A DNA stretch of 64,000 bases from Bispira polyomma (Eukaryota), in assembly GCA_965649765.1 (NCBI GenBank), contig OZ287752.1:18972001-19036000 (forward strand). The letters are read 5' to 3'. The notes below the pieces were generated by a model. That model did not search any database, had not been told where the DNA came from, and was given only the letters and a program-made list of their open reading frames with translations. This document shows positions 13,247 through 24,335 of the stretch, piece after piece. The translations under genes were made by a program, and so were the position numbers. Numbering within the stretch: position 1 is the stretch's first letter; each line of letters opens with the position of its first letter.

Positions 13247-13634
13247 AAAAAGACGTGTTGCTTACTTAACTTGCAACTTAATAATGCCTTTCTATGATAA
13301 AAGGGCGGCAAGGAGTTTACTCTGAAGGAAGGTGATTGGTTGCCTGGTTTAAATGACCTAAAGTCTGATTGGGATAGCTAGGTAAACACTTCTTAAGGGG
13401 GGTTTTACAGTAAAGTATTCAATTTTTGCTACTGACTTGCCATGCTATACTAGCAGTGACATCAACAGTAGTCAAAAATGGTTGATGATATAATTTGATT
13501 AGTGCCAGACAGAGACCTGTAAGGAGTTTGATAAGTTTGGAAACTAGATGCTGTTTGGGATGTATTTATTTCTATCTAATGCCTCTATGTACAACTATAC
13601 AATTAAAATTTTAGTTAAAATTTTAAAATGCCAA
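13247..13634 (-). repeat. YR-1 internal B1-A2 junction repeats
   Basis: B1 13467-13634 directly abuts A2 13247-13466; junction reads gactACTGTtgatg in element sense. Confidence 0.92.
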
Positions 13635-13641
13635 AGCCAAA

Positions 13642-14618
13642 TTAGAAAGTAGAGGAGACAATGGAGGAAAAAGTGGAGGGGATGATAGAGGCTGCGTGAG
13701 AGGTGGATTGTAAATATGACCAGACAGCATCGGATTTCCAGCACCCATGTTTTTGTATATCTTGAAGTTTGATATTAGAATTAAAGGCTAGAGAGGCTCC
13801 AGAGCGACGGAAGCAGTGAAATGAATGACCTATGTGTGGAATGTCAAGGTGAGTGAGGATGTTCTTGAGTGTAAGTCTAAGCTTGGTGTCTGATAAGCAG
13901 TTTCCTCTATCACACGGGTTGGCCAGTAATGGGGCCATGGAGTGTAAAGGGTATTTGTTAAATAAAGCTGTGGCAGCTCTGACAGGACATAGCCAGGGGT
14001 TTGATAAGGAAGGTAGTTGAATGATGTCTGGATTTGCCCTACTTTGGTTAGTTTTACTCCATTTAAGGATAAGGTGAATACCTGGTGGGGCGAATACTAT
14101 GTCTGCCCTTGTGAGGTGTCTTGTAGGGTCAAAAAGTGAACCGGAGGTAGTAGTAAGATTGGAAATTCTGAGGAACCCAAAGAAGGCGAAAAGAAAAGCT
14201 GTCCTGTATAGCTCAGGGAAATGAAGTAAATCACAGGCTTGTGAAATTTTTTCCAGTTGTAGTAAGTCAAACACTCCCTTTATTCTGGGGGTGTATTTAG
14301 AGGTGAGTTCTAAGGACCTAGTGTACAAGGTCAGTCTGGGGTCATAAAGACCTGTGTGTAGTATATTCAATAGTTTGGCATTGTGTCTTAGAGCTGATAT
14401 GTAATTTGCAATCACTTTGTGGGATTTCCCTGTTTGAGTCAGGAACTCTAGAAATGCCAAAATGGTGTTGAAACTGAAGGTATGATGTAGATCATAATAT
14501 ACAGTGAAGGCTAAAAAGAGTCTGAATTGGCTGTTGTATTGTCTCTGAGTTCTAGGTCTGTGGCTCTGTCGTAATCTTGTGAGGGCACCTTGGATCAGTG
14601 AATTTGAGTCAGAAGTGC
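13642..14618 (-). CDS. YR-1 tyrosine recombinase (frame open from the splice acceptor at 14619)
   Basis: Catalytic set R (FLRISNL), K (WSKT), HxxR (HCFRR), HGCW, Y (WSYL); the reading frame extends upstream of the called TTG start without an ATG. Confidence 0.93.
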
Positions 14619-14624
14619 CTGAAA

Positions 14625-17204
14625 TTATAAATAAGTATCTAATGTAAAAAAGTTAAGAGGAATGTTATGCATGGTGAAGCTGTGAGTGACGGTTGCCCTT
14701 ATGTGTTCACCCCCCGTGTCGAGTTCATACCATCGCGAAAGTGCGTCAGCAATGATATTTTCCTTACCTGGGATGTGACTAATGACAAGGTCAATGTTTT
14801 CTGCTGCACAAATTTGCCAAATATTCCTTAAACATAGTCCTAAGTAAGTGTCTTTGGTTTTTGATGACTGCACTACAGACACCACGGCCATGTTATCTGA
14901 CTGTACCTTAACTTTTTTGTTTTTCCATCTGTGACCCCATAGTTTGAGAGCAATTAAAATGCTCACCATTTCAAAATGTACGATTGATAAAGTATGAGAC
15001 ATGAAGAGAGGAAGGGGAGTTTTAAACACGTTTTTGTTCCATATACCTCCAATGCCAGATAAACAAGCGTCAACTTGTAGTAGGGCGTCGTGTGGCTTGT
15101 TTATGTAGTTATAAGTAGTAGTACCGTTAAACTGTAAAAGAAATGTTACAAACCAGGCGAGGTCTTGGTGGAATTCCATATTCAAGATGACTGTGTTACT
15201 GCTAGTGGATTGGCGTAATAATGCTAGCATCCGATTCATAAATATACGAGAGGGTTTAATACACCGGTGAATGTAGAGGAGCTTTCCTAATAGTGACTGG
15301 TATTTTTGTTTACGTACTTTATTTAGGTATTTAAACCCAAGACAGGTATCATAAATGGAAATCAATTTATCCTCGTCAATACTGAGAGTTTCGTTGGTGA
15401 TATCAATGGTAATGCCCATACAAGTGACACGTTTACTGGGGGGGACTAGCTTTTTTTCGTTTATGGGGAGGCCTAGATCTGTGAGAATTTCTTGCAAAGT
15501 ATTGTAAGCTAAGGTAGCCCTATCTTCAGATTCTATGAGTATGAAGTCATCGATGTAGTTGTATACTGTGAAGCCTTTAAGTTTCATAATATAAATCACG
15601 CAATCTGAGGCCATCATAAAGACTGCTGTGCCATGAGTTAAGCCAAAAGTCAAGGTTAAATCTATGTAATAATTATTTTTCCAAAAATATCCGAGTTTAA
15701 GGCAATCATAGGGGTCAATTCTGATATTTCGAAATGCGTGAGAAATGTCCACTTTTGCTAAGGTGGCCTTAGGTCCAATAGCCAAGATTTGAGAAGTTAT
15801 TTGATCAATAGATGGGAGTTTTAGGTTGAAATCTATGTGGTCATACTTTGTTTTTACAGTACAATCATTCACGGATTGGCCTGCAGGGTGAGATAAATCT
15901 AAGACTAACCTACGTTGGTCAACGTCCTTGGGAACTGTCAATAAGGGAGAACAGTGTAAATCTGGATGTAAGTTATCGTTAATGGGGCCAATTATGGTAC
16001 CTCTGTGGACCTCAGTAATGAAGTATTTGTCTATTGCCTGAGGGAAAGCTTTGGCTGAGTAATGATTTTTGACATTTGTGACGTGTAGTCGGTCCCTGTC
16101 GTATAAGGAAATGGGGAATCCGAATTCTATGTACTGTAAAATGATTTTGTCTGGGTAGTCAACCAAATACTCTTTCCATTTAGCTACGTTGAGGTTGCTC
16201 TTAAGTGGTATACGTGCTGATTTATAGTTGGGGACCTTAGTGGTTTTAATGATGTTGGCAACTTCTAGCAGTTTGCCATACGAGTCAATGTTGACCTCTT
16301 GTCTAACAGGACCCATAAAGGTAAAGTTGTTATATCTGTGTGGAGTGTAACTAAAAGGTTTGTGTGTGTTGGCTAAAGTGTCCCCCTGTGTGTTGTTGTT
16401 CTTGGGAAGTACATGTGAACATTGTTGTGAAACTGCCTGAGTCATAACGACCTCATGATCTGTACAGTGTGTGTGTGTGACAGTAGTATGAGGGTTGTGA
16501 GTGTGCAAGTTGCGTGATGGCATTACAAGTTCTACAGTAGTTGTTTTTGCTTGTGTGAGTGTCTGTTCATCACGTCTACATAAGCTGTCAATGATGTCAT
16601 TGTAATACAAAGTGCTACCTAATTTAGTACGTGTGTGTGAGAGTTGTTTGTCTAATCTCGGTTTTGTGAGTTTCTTTACTTGGGAGAAGTTCCTGCCTGA
16701 TTCTGAGATGTGCATAGAGCAAGAGTAAATTATGGGCCAAATGTGTTCTAATGACCAATCAGATAGTTGGAATGTCCAGCTATCTTGTACAAAGTTGCAC
16801 ACATAAACGCCCGACAGAGATGTATCTTGGCGACATACTAGGTAACAAAGGTTTAACGTATTACAGCCATGTTGACTGTTACTGAGATATATATCACAAA
16901 GTTTAGAGTCACAATGTAAACTGTTATCAGCTGTATATGTGATAACGTTGTCTATAGTGCCTGGGTAGGCGGTTAAGCTTGCATTAGTATTTTTAACTTG
17001 ATCGTTGTCAACACTTGAAATAATAGAATGATTACAATCTGATGAAGTCTGTGACCTGTTAATCTTACTGTCTACAGAGAATTGTTCGATATTACTGTTG
17101 TCAACACTAACGCTCAAACTGGATATAAAATTAGGGTTCTCATAATCGTCTACCTTATAAATTTGCTTAGAAGTACTATTAATCTCATCATTCTTCAGGC
17201 TCAT
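14625..17204 (-). CDS. YR-1 reverse transcriptase + RNase H
   Basis: KVDISHAFR, LTFGL, YIDDF; RNase H motifs DACLSG, HFEM, SDN, IADALSR. Confidence 0.95.
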   Translation of the reverse strand: MSLKNDEINSTSKQIYKVDDYENPNFISSLSVSVDNSNIEQFSVDSKINRSQTSSDCNHSIISSVDNDQVKNTNASLTAYPGTIDNVITYTADNSLHCDSKLCDIYLSNSQHGCNTLNLCYLVCRQDTSLSGVYVCNFVQDSWTFQLSDWSLEHIWPIIYSCSMHISESGRNFSQVKKLTKPRLDKQLSHTRTKLGSTLYYNDIIDSLCRRDEQTLTQAKTTTVELVMPSRNLHTHNPHTTVTHTHCTDHEVVMTQAVSQQCSHVLPKNNNTQGDTLANTHKPFSYTPHRYNNFTFMGPVRQEVNIDSYGKLLEVANIIKTTKVPNYKSARIPLKSNLNVAKWKEYLVDYPDKIILQYIEFGFPISLYDRDRLHVTNVKNHYSAKAFPQAIDKYFITEVHRGTIIGPINDNLHPDLHCSPLLTVPKDVDQRRLVLDLSHPAGQSVNDCTVKTKYDHIDFNLKLPSIDQITSQILAIGPKATLAKVDISHAFRNIRIDPYDCLKLGYFWKNNYYIDLTLTFGLTHGTAVFMMASDCVIYIMKLKGFTVYNYIDDFILIESEDRATLAYNTLQEILTDLGLPINEKKLVPPSKRVTCMGITIDITNETLSIDEDKLISIYDTCLGFKYLNKVRKQKYQSLLGKLLYIHRCIKPSRIFMNRMLALLRQSTSSNTVILNMEFHQDLAWFVTFLLQFNGTTTYNYINKPHDALLQVDACLSGIGGIWNKNVFKTPLPLFMSHTLSIVHFEMVSILIALKLWGHRWKNKKVKVQSDNMAVVSVVQSSKTKDTYLGLCLRNIWQICAAENIDLVISHIPGKENIIADALSRWYELDTGGEHIRATVTHSFTMHNIPLNFFTLDTYL

Positions 17205-17267
17205 ACGATAAACATGAGGTACATTGAAGTCACAACTGGTGGTGGTGGCTGTAGGCAGTTGGTGGTC

Positions 17268-18605
17268 CTATTGTGTGTTCGATGTAGGGGTTGGACGCCC
17301 ATGCAGTTTAAAACATTTTGTCTCCGGATGAGGGTTGGATTTTCTACTAACCCGGAAACAGTTGGCACAAATGTGCTTAAAAAGAACGTTATTCCCCTCG
17401 TGGTCTTTCTGATGTTGGCATTGGCCTTTCTGAAAGTGCCTGCAGGGGATTTCTTGTTTAGTCGATGCAAAGAGAGTGGTGTTTGTAGACGTGTTGTTGG
17501 AGACGAGGGCTTGGGAGTACGAGAGCCTGTTTAGGGTCCACTTCGTTTCATTGAGCCAGCTGAGGCGACCTTCCTCGATGTCGTGCATGTTGCACGCGTA
17601 AGCCCCACGAGCTATCTGCCAAGATATGTTTGAGGCGTCTCTGAGAGTATCTGCCAACTGAGTGAGCATTGCTCTGGAGATAGATTGATTCTGGACCTCT
17701 AAAATGTTTTGAATTTGTCCGGCAGCGAATTGTGGGATGGTAAGGTCGTCGAAAGAAACACGTTTTTTATTTATACCTGAGAAGCAAGCCTCATTGGGCC
17801 AGCGTTTCATCGGATCAGAGACACACACATCTGAGACATTGTAACGACCAGACTTTTTCTTGGTGGCAAGCTTACCTTGTAAGCCTTCGTCCGCAGCCCA
17901 GGCCTCATAACGTGCTAAGCGGAGAGATACTTAATTTTGTATTAAGGAGGACTGCTTGAGGACATCTGGTGTTGGTAAGATGGCGTCCTGTAGCGCTCGC
18001 TGTGTGTTGTCAGTGTTAGCAACTCTCTGTGGTTGCATCTGAGCTGCTATGTGAGATTGAGCGTGAGGCTGAGGTAGAGGGTGAGATGTGTAGGTGAGCG
18101 ATGAAAGATCGCTGTGTGCTTCATAGCCTGGTAAACTAAGTGATGCTGGGTGTACTGGTGTCGTGTGAGGTGGGTCTTGAAGAGTTTGCATGTTGTTTCC
18201 TGGGTTGAGACGCCGAGGAGTGACTGTAGGACGAGCTGACGGGGTCGTTACGGACGGCCTTAGCATGGGTAACTGAAGAACCGGAGTCTCGGATTGCTTA
18301 GCTTTAAGGTCAGAAACGTCCTCTTGTAACTTTGACACAGTAGTAAGTAATGTTTGCATCATGGCTTGCTGCCTGCTATGTATGTCACGGTAAAAATTTT
18401 CGGAACTTACTTTATCAGAGCAGTTACTGATGGAGTCGCTGTCAAGGTTATTTTCTGCTCCCAAATCTTGGTCTGGTAAGGGTTCTTCTTCAGGAGATAC
18501 CATGACTCTATTGCATCTAGTCCCAACCGGGCGAGTATGCGAAATGTCACATCTCGAGCACATAGCTACATTCACGGCGGGTTGTCTTTTTTTACCTCTC
18601 CCCAT
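17268..18605 (-). CDS. YR-1 Gag-like ORF1 (N-terminal CxxCxxxHxRPVGxxC finger, coiled coil, C-terminal CCCH and CxxC..H..C fingers); nonsense codon at 17931-17933
   Basis: ORFs 17931-18605 and 17268-17828 are in one frame, separated by a single TAA; homologous to YR-2 Gag. Confidence 0.85.
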
Positions 18606-18778
18606 TTTGACACTTAATCCAGGAGTAAAAGCACCACGGGTGAAACTATAATATGTCTATAATGGTTATGCACTAAAAACACGTAAAAACTAGATGTAAA
18701 ACGAGTGGGAACATACAATTTAACAAAGTTTTCCTCCCACAAACATTTAAAATCCAATATGGCCGCTTCTAGGCCCAC

Positions 18779-18998
18779 AAAAAGACGTGTTGCTTACTTA
18801 ACTTGCAACTTAATAATGCCTTTCTATGATAAAAGGGCGGCAAGGAGTTTACTCTGAAGGAAGGTGATTGGTTGCCTGGTTTAAATGACCTAAAGTCTGA
18901 TTGGGATAGCTAGGTAAACACTTCTTAAGGGGGGTTTTACAGTAAAGTATTCAATTTTTGCTACTGACTTGCCATGCTATACTAGCAGTGACATCAAC
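18779..18998 (-). repeat. YR-1 split direct repeat A1 (probable promoter: two CCAAT boxes, one GC box)
   Basis: Matches 13247-13466; contains gattgg twice and gggcgg. Confidence 0.9.
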
Positions 18999-19889
18999 TA
19001 GTATCGTGATCACCCTTGTTAGGGCATCATGCTTTCTAGTAAAACCTGCAGGATACCCTGTCATTTGTTTTCCATGTGAACTGTTGACTAGAATGTGCAT
19101 TTTGGCTAGTATTCACTATTTTTTGAGTGAGAGCTCTGCCAATGCGGTTAATTTTGGCCATCTCATGCCAGGTGACCGTTTGCAGCATTCTAGAAAAAGT
19201 CATAGCTGTCTTCCTTTAAATCGGGTACATTATCAAGCATAGCATTTTTAGTGTCAATTGTACATTGTACAAGATTCATTTTGCAGCCCTAAAATGAGGC
19301 CACAGGCAAACTGGCGCTTAACCTATACCATTTCAAAACCAACTCTCTGAGATTTATAGTTCACAGCCTTCTGTCTTGAGAGTACTCAGTGAAGGGACCA
19401 GGATGTCTTCCATGTCCGTCACACGTGCAGCTGCCACTGGATCAGCTGGACATACTGGTATCTCCCTGTGGGGACCTCAGCCCTCTGTTCAGAGTAATCA
19501 ACACATACGTATATATTTGACATACACCCATTGAAGTCCCTTAGTTACTACTTCTTGTAGCCTGTATAAGTTTACTTCAACACTACTAATGTCACTGGCT
19601 GTATCACATGGTTTAGAAACAGTTTTCATTAATTTGCTTTATGTGGCTTGTGATACAACCCATACAACTAAAGTTTTTTGTGGAGGTATTTTGAAACATG
19701 AGATCAGATGATCATTCGGATTACAATTAAATGAAATACAGCCTTCAAATATAGCTCCAACAAAAGAGAAGAATACACCAAATTTTTTCAAAGCATTTCA
19801 CAAAAATACTGTTATTTTTAGGTATTTTTAACTTATATTTTCAGTTATAAATAGATTACACATATTGGTGTAAAGTCAGATAAAAGAGC

Positions 19890-19984
19890 CAAAGTCTGTA
19901 ACCGAGCCCGAGTCTAAACCCGAGTCCGAGCTCAGGTATGTCCGAGCCTGAGTCTGACGAAACCTGAGTCTGACCGCTCCCTAG
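19890..19984 (-). mobile_element. Probable hAT-like DNA transposon end with CCGAGT-type subterminal repeats
   Basis: Array of cc(g/t)gagt(c) motifs ending in ccgctcccta (TAGGG... on the minus strand). Confidence 0.5.
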
Positions 19985-21349
19985 TCTGTCCGAGTCTGAC
20001 TGAATAAATGTTCATCTATTGGTATAAATATGTTAACTTTAGTGTAAATAATAACCCAGATGCTTAAAATATATGGCAAGTCTTCTAAGGTACTTTGGTG
20101 GAAATTTTGTATATAAAGGGAGGAACTCTGTTGAAAAGGGGGTTTTGTCTTGGGGTTTGAATTGAGAGTATGTATTAAGAGCAATAGTTGAAAGTTGTAA
20201 ATAGTTATAAATAAATAGTTGTAAATAAATGTACAAACAAATATAGTTCATTAAAGTGAAAAATATTGCAGTCTATAAGACAGTTTGCCCAGGTTAAAAG
20301 GTAAGTTATATTTAAGGTCAGAATATGAGCTGGAGTCCTATGTGGGGTTTGGAGTAATGTAGTAAGTATAGATTTGAGAAATTTTATTTCTGTACATTTT
20401 GAAAACGATTTACAGTAAAGTGGGTTAAAACAACTTTAAAAACACCCCATCATCCATACCGTTACAATAATATCACAGTTCCTTAAACAGTGCACTAACA
20501 ATGATCATGTAACAATGTAACACAGTGCCTGAACTGATACACCAATAATAAGTAAGAAGACACCTTCTATCAAGCACAGAGCAAGACAGTGGACACATAC
20601 GCGTCACTGAAAGTAAATTTACGCAGTAATTGCACATTTAACATCATAGCCACAGACTAGCCGAAATTCAATTGATCAACCCAGAGGGTGAATCAAATTA
20701 ACCTAGAGGTTTACAACTTGTACCAATTGTTAACCCAGATCAGGAGGCCTGAGGCATCCACCGCCTAGTAGGGGTAGATCCAGCTTCTCATAGCCCATTT
20801 TCGACCCTGGCTCCCTAAACATGATGCTCAGGGGTGGGTTAAAGCAGACTGTATCAAACCCCCACTCGGCCCCTAGGGCAAATACATTCAAAGATAAAAC
20901 TTAATCTAACTGTGGTAAGGGCAGGAGGTGGGCAAGTTTTCATGTGCATGCGCTTCAGCATCAAGAAGCTTAATGGCGGTTTTAGGTGGGAAAATGTATT
21001 GTCGATTAAGACAAAGAACTGGGCGGGTGTATGGTTGGATGGACAGAGTGAAAAAAATCAACTCATTCGCCAGGGGTTAAGGTAGTCTGCAATTTATAGT
21101 ATGTGTGGTCAACTGAAGTATCAGACCCCTTTAGGGTCCTGATATCTACAGTTTGCCCAGGTTAAAAGCTAAGTTATATTTAAGGTCAGAATATGAGCTG
21201 GAGTCCTATGTGGGGTTTGGAGTAATGTAGAAAGTATAGATTTGAGAAAGTTTATTTCTGTACATTATAGAATATATATACAGTAAAGTGGGTTAAAACG
21301 ACTTTTTAAAAGTTATAAGATAATTTTAAAAACATCCAAGCCAAACTAA

Positions 21350-22172
21350 AGGAGTTTGGGGATAGAGGAAGCAAAGGTAAGGGGGACTGTGGAGGCTGCC
21401 TGGGAAGTTTTCTGGAGGTATGTCCAAACAGCAAAAGATCTCCACAGGCCATGAGACATTATATTCTGTAATGAGACATTATTGTTGAAAGCAAATATTG
21501 CTCCAGAGCACCTAAAAGTGTGGAAGGTATGTGATTTCTGTGGAATGTTAGCGTGTGCAAGTACAGAAGCTAGAGCAGAGCGAATATATGTGTCTACTAT
21601 GGGTTCATGTGGCAGTGCCCCAGAAACGAATAAAGGATGAGTGTCTGGTAAGCTCCTTTAAGTTGATAAGTCTTGTTATGCTTTTACTGGACATAATTCT
21701 TTGTTTTCTAATAAAGGAATTTGTATGATGTGGGAAAATGAGAGTAAGAAGATGGCTCTATACAATATGGGATCATTTAGGGCATTGCAAGCCCTTGATA
21801 TAAGTAGTAAGTGTTGTATTTCGAAGATGCCTTTTGGTAGAGGTTTAAATTGGGAGTTGTAGGCTAAGCTGCGAACAAACATAGCTACAGTATTGTTCTC
21901 AAAAATGGTGATATCCAAATGATATCTTCTTGTCATGAATTTTATGCCAGCCAAGTAATTGTTAATTGCCCCTGTAGATGTACCATTCTGTACTAAATAT
22001 TCCATAAATGCTACCACCACATTAGTAGTGATAGTAGGCACCCCAGCAAAGCAGGTGAATGCTAAAAATGTTCTAAATTGTTGATTATATGCTGACATAG
22101 TCTTTGGTCGTAGTGCTGTGTTAATTCTTTCCCATGCTGAGCCCACAAGTTCCTGTGTAACCTGTGTAGAGC
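21350..22172 (-). pseudogene. YR-3 tyrosine recombinase (deleted and decayed)
   Basis: ORF 21676-22146 plus downstream HTFHTFRCSGA..HGLW..WTYL. Confidence 0.85.
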
Positions 22173-22898
22173 CTGAAATTAGACAAAAATGTCAAAGTTA
22201 AAGAAATTAAGTGGGACTTGTTGCCACACAAAATTCTCTCTTAACAAGATGCTTTGTTCCTTAGCTGAAACGTGTTCAGAGTAAATTCTAGATAATGCAT
22301 CTGCAATGCAGTTTTTCTTACCCTTAATGTGATCTATCTATAATGTGATATCGTATTCTGCTGTGAGTAACCATATATTTCTAAGGCATAAGGCTAAGAA
22401 TTCATCCTTAGTCTTACTAGTACCAACGACTAGTACCACCGCCATGTTGTCACAAAATATCTTAATAGTACTGTGCTTTCACTGTTCACCCCAGACTTTG
22501 AGAGCTATAAGAATGTTCAAGATCTCAATGTGTACAATGGTGAGAGTCTTATTATACACATTGTATAAAGGAGAGGCATAAACCTGCTGGTTATAAAAAC
22601 CCCCTATACCTGTTAAGCAGGCATCTATGTTTTCAATGTTGGTGTCAGTATTAAGTTTAGAATGAATGTATGTAATTCTGTTATAACGCTTAAGAAAGGT
22701 AATAAACCAGGTAATCTGCCTTCATAGCTGGAGCAATTTTTAAGCGTTTTCCTGAGTGTTACCATGAAATGCCATGATAAGTCTGTTATTAAAGGCCCTA
22801 GCAGGTTTAACTCATTTGTGTATATATAAGAGTTTGCCTAATAGTGATTGGAATTTACTGCGAGATATCCAGTGTTTGTTAAAGATGTCAATGCATAA

Positions 22899-24260
22899 CT
22901 AGTGAGTCTCTTCGATCTTTTCTCTAGTTATACTAATGGTTCCTGCAGTTATGTCAATATCTATGCCGAGACAAGTGACTTTAGTGTCAGGAACTGACAA
23001 TTTGTCAGCATTAAGGGGGAGTCTCAGTGATACGACTAAATCATGGAGATCTTGAAATGCTTTGTCTGCTGTGTTTTGATTTAATATGACAACGTAGTCG
23101 TCGATATAACAGAATACTTTGTGGTCAAGTTTTCCCATGGCATAAGCTATCATGTCGGAGCAATGCTGAAAAGCTGCAGAGCCGTGGACCCAGCCGAACG
23201 CAACCACTGGAGCCACATATTTTCCGCCTTCAAAACATATCCCTAGTTTTATAACGCCCACCGGATTAACACGCAAGTTTCTAAAAGCCCTAGAAACGTC
23301 CAACTTAAAGATTCTGAGATTCCTGGTAAAACATATTTGTTGTACTTTATCATCAATAGTAGGAAATTTTAAAGCAAATTGAATGCCAACAAAGAGTTGT
23401 TTGTTAACATTATCATTAAGCGACTGTCCCTGTGGGTGTGACAAGTTCAATATAACCCTACGTTTATTTAAGTCTTCAGGACAAGTGAGGAGGGGTGAAC
23501 AGTGATATAGGTTACTATGTACCTTAACTACTGGGTTCAACATGGCACCATTGACTTTTTCTTTCTGTAGATAGTGACTAACTTCAGACTTAAACTGTAG
23601 AGCTGAGTGATGATTTTTGGCTTCCTTCATCTTGAGTGATGTTGGGTCATTCAAGGAAAGAGCAAAGCCGAATTTCAGGTATTGTATGAGTAACCTATCT
23701 GGGTGATCCGCTAAAAGCTTTTCCCATTGTTCAATATTAAGGCCTGATATAAGAGGAATGCGTGCCCCTTTGTAATTAGAACAACCTGTGTCCCTAATAA
23801 TGCTGGCTAAATGTGCCATTTGTTCAACAGAAGAAATAGGGGCCCTATCTGGGCCTATGAAAGTAAAATTTGAGTCAGACAACATCAGGAAACCCTTATT
23901 TTTATCAGGTAAGTTTATGTCTGTAAGATCCTTATTGCCCTTAAAATCCTGTGTCTGAGTATCTAAGGGTTTTTCGCAGAAGTCGGTAAACGACACCAAG
24001 ACATTATCCTGTTGCATAGTTGATACTTTTGGTTCAGTTGCAGACTGACCAGCCAATGCTAACTGATCCTTCTCATCATTTCCTATCATTATGTCAATAA
24101 CATTAGTTATGAATTCTGTATGTGTACAACCATGACTATTAAGTGACGCCATGTCTTTCTGATAATTTTCAAAGACATCATGAGGGGTAATGTCCCCCTC
24201 AAAGTTAACACCAGAGTCGGCATGCACAAATTCTTGATAACCTTGAATATATGATATCAA
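22899..24260 (-). pseudogene. YR-3 reverse transcriptase (truncated)
   Basis: KLDVSRAFR, AFGW, YIDDY. Confidence 0.9.
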
Positions 24261-24335
24261 TACAGAGGTGTGAATAGCTTAAATTATAGTAATGGGACCC
24301 TCTGGTAAAACATCACATCTGATGTAGTCATAATT

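Larger units (their letters stand above)
12625..18998 (-). mobile_element. Complete Ngaro-like tyrosine-recombinase retrotransposon (YR-1), A1-gag-RT/RH-YR-B1-A2-spacer-B2
   Basis: A repeats 18779-18998 and 13247-13466 (220 bp); B repeats 13467-13634 and 12625-12792 (168 bp); both pairs look identical by eye. Gag, RT-RNase H and YR ORFs are present and there is no methyltransferase domain. Confidence 0.95.
20280..24330 (-). mobile_element. Decayed, 5'-truncated Ngaro-like YR element (YR-3)
   Basis: RT ORF 22899-24260 (YIDDY), broken RNase H 22180-22900, YR 21350-22172 with an internal deletion; B1 21148-21306 and B2 20280-20437; 5' end replaced by an L2. Confidence 0.9.

Noticed and set aside
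17201-17470. Alternate-frame ORF whose TGA overlaps the Pol ATG (ATGA stop-start)
   Set aside because: No equivalent coupling in YR-2 or YR-4; the conserved in-frame TAG explains Pol expression better
17931-17933. Internal gag stops in YR-1 (17931) and YR-2 (49436) as programmed readthrough
   Set aside because: They lie at different positions and the other element has a sense codon at each site; best explained as single nonsense mutations or sequencing errors
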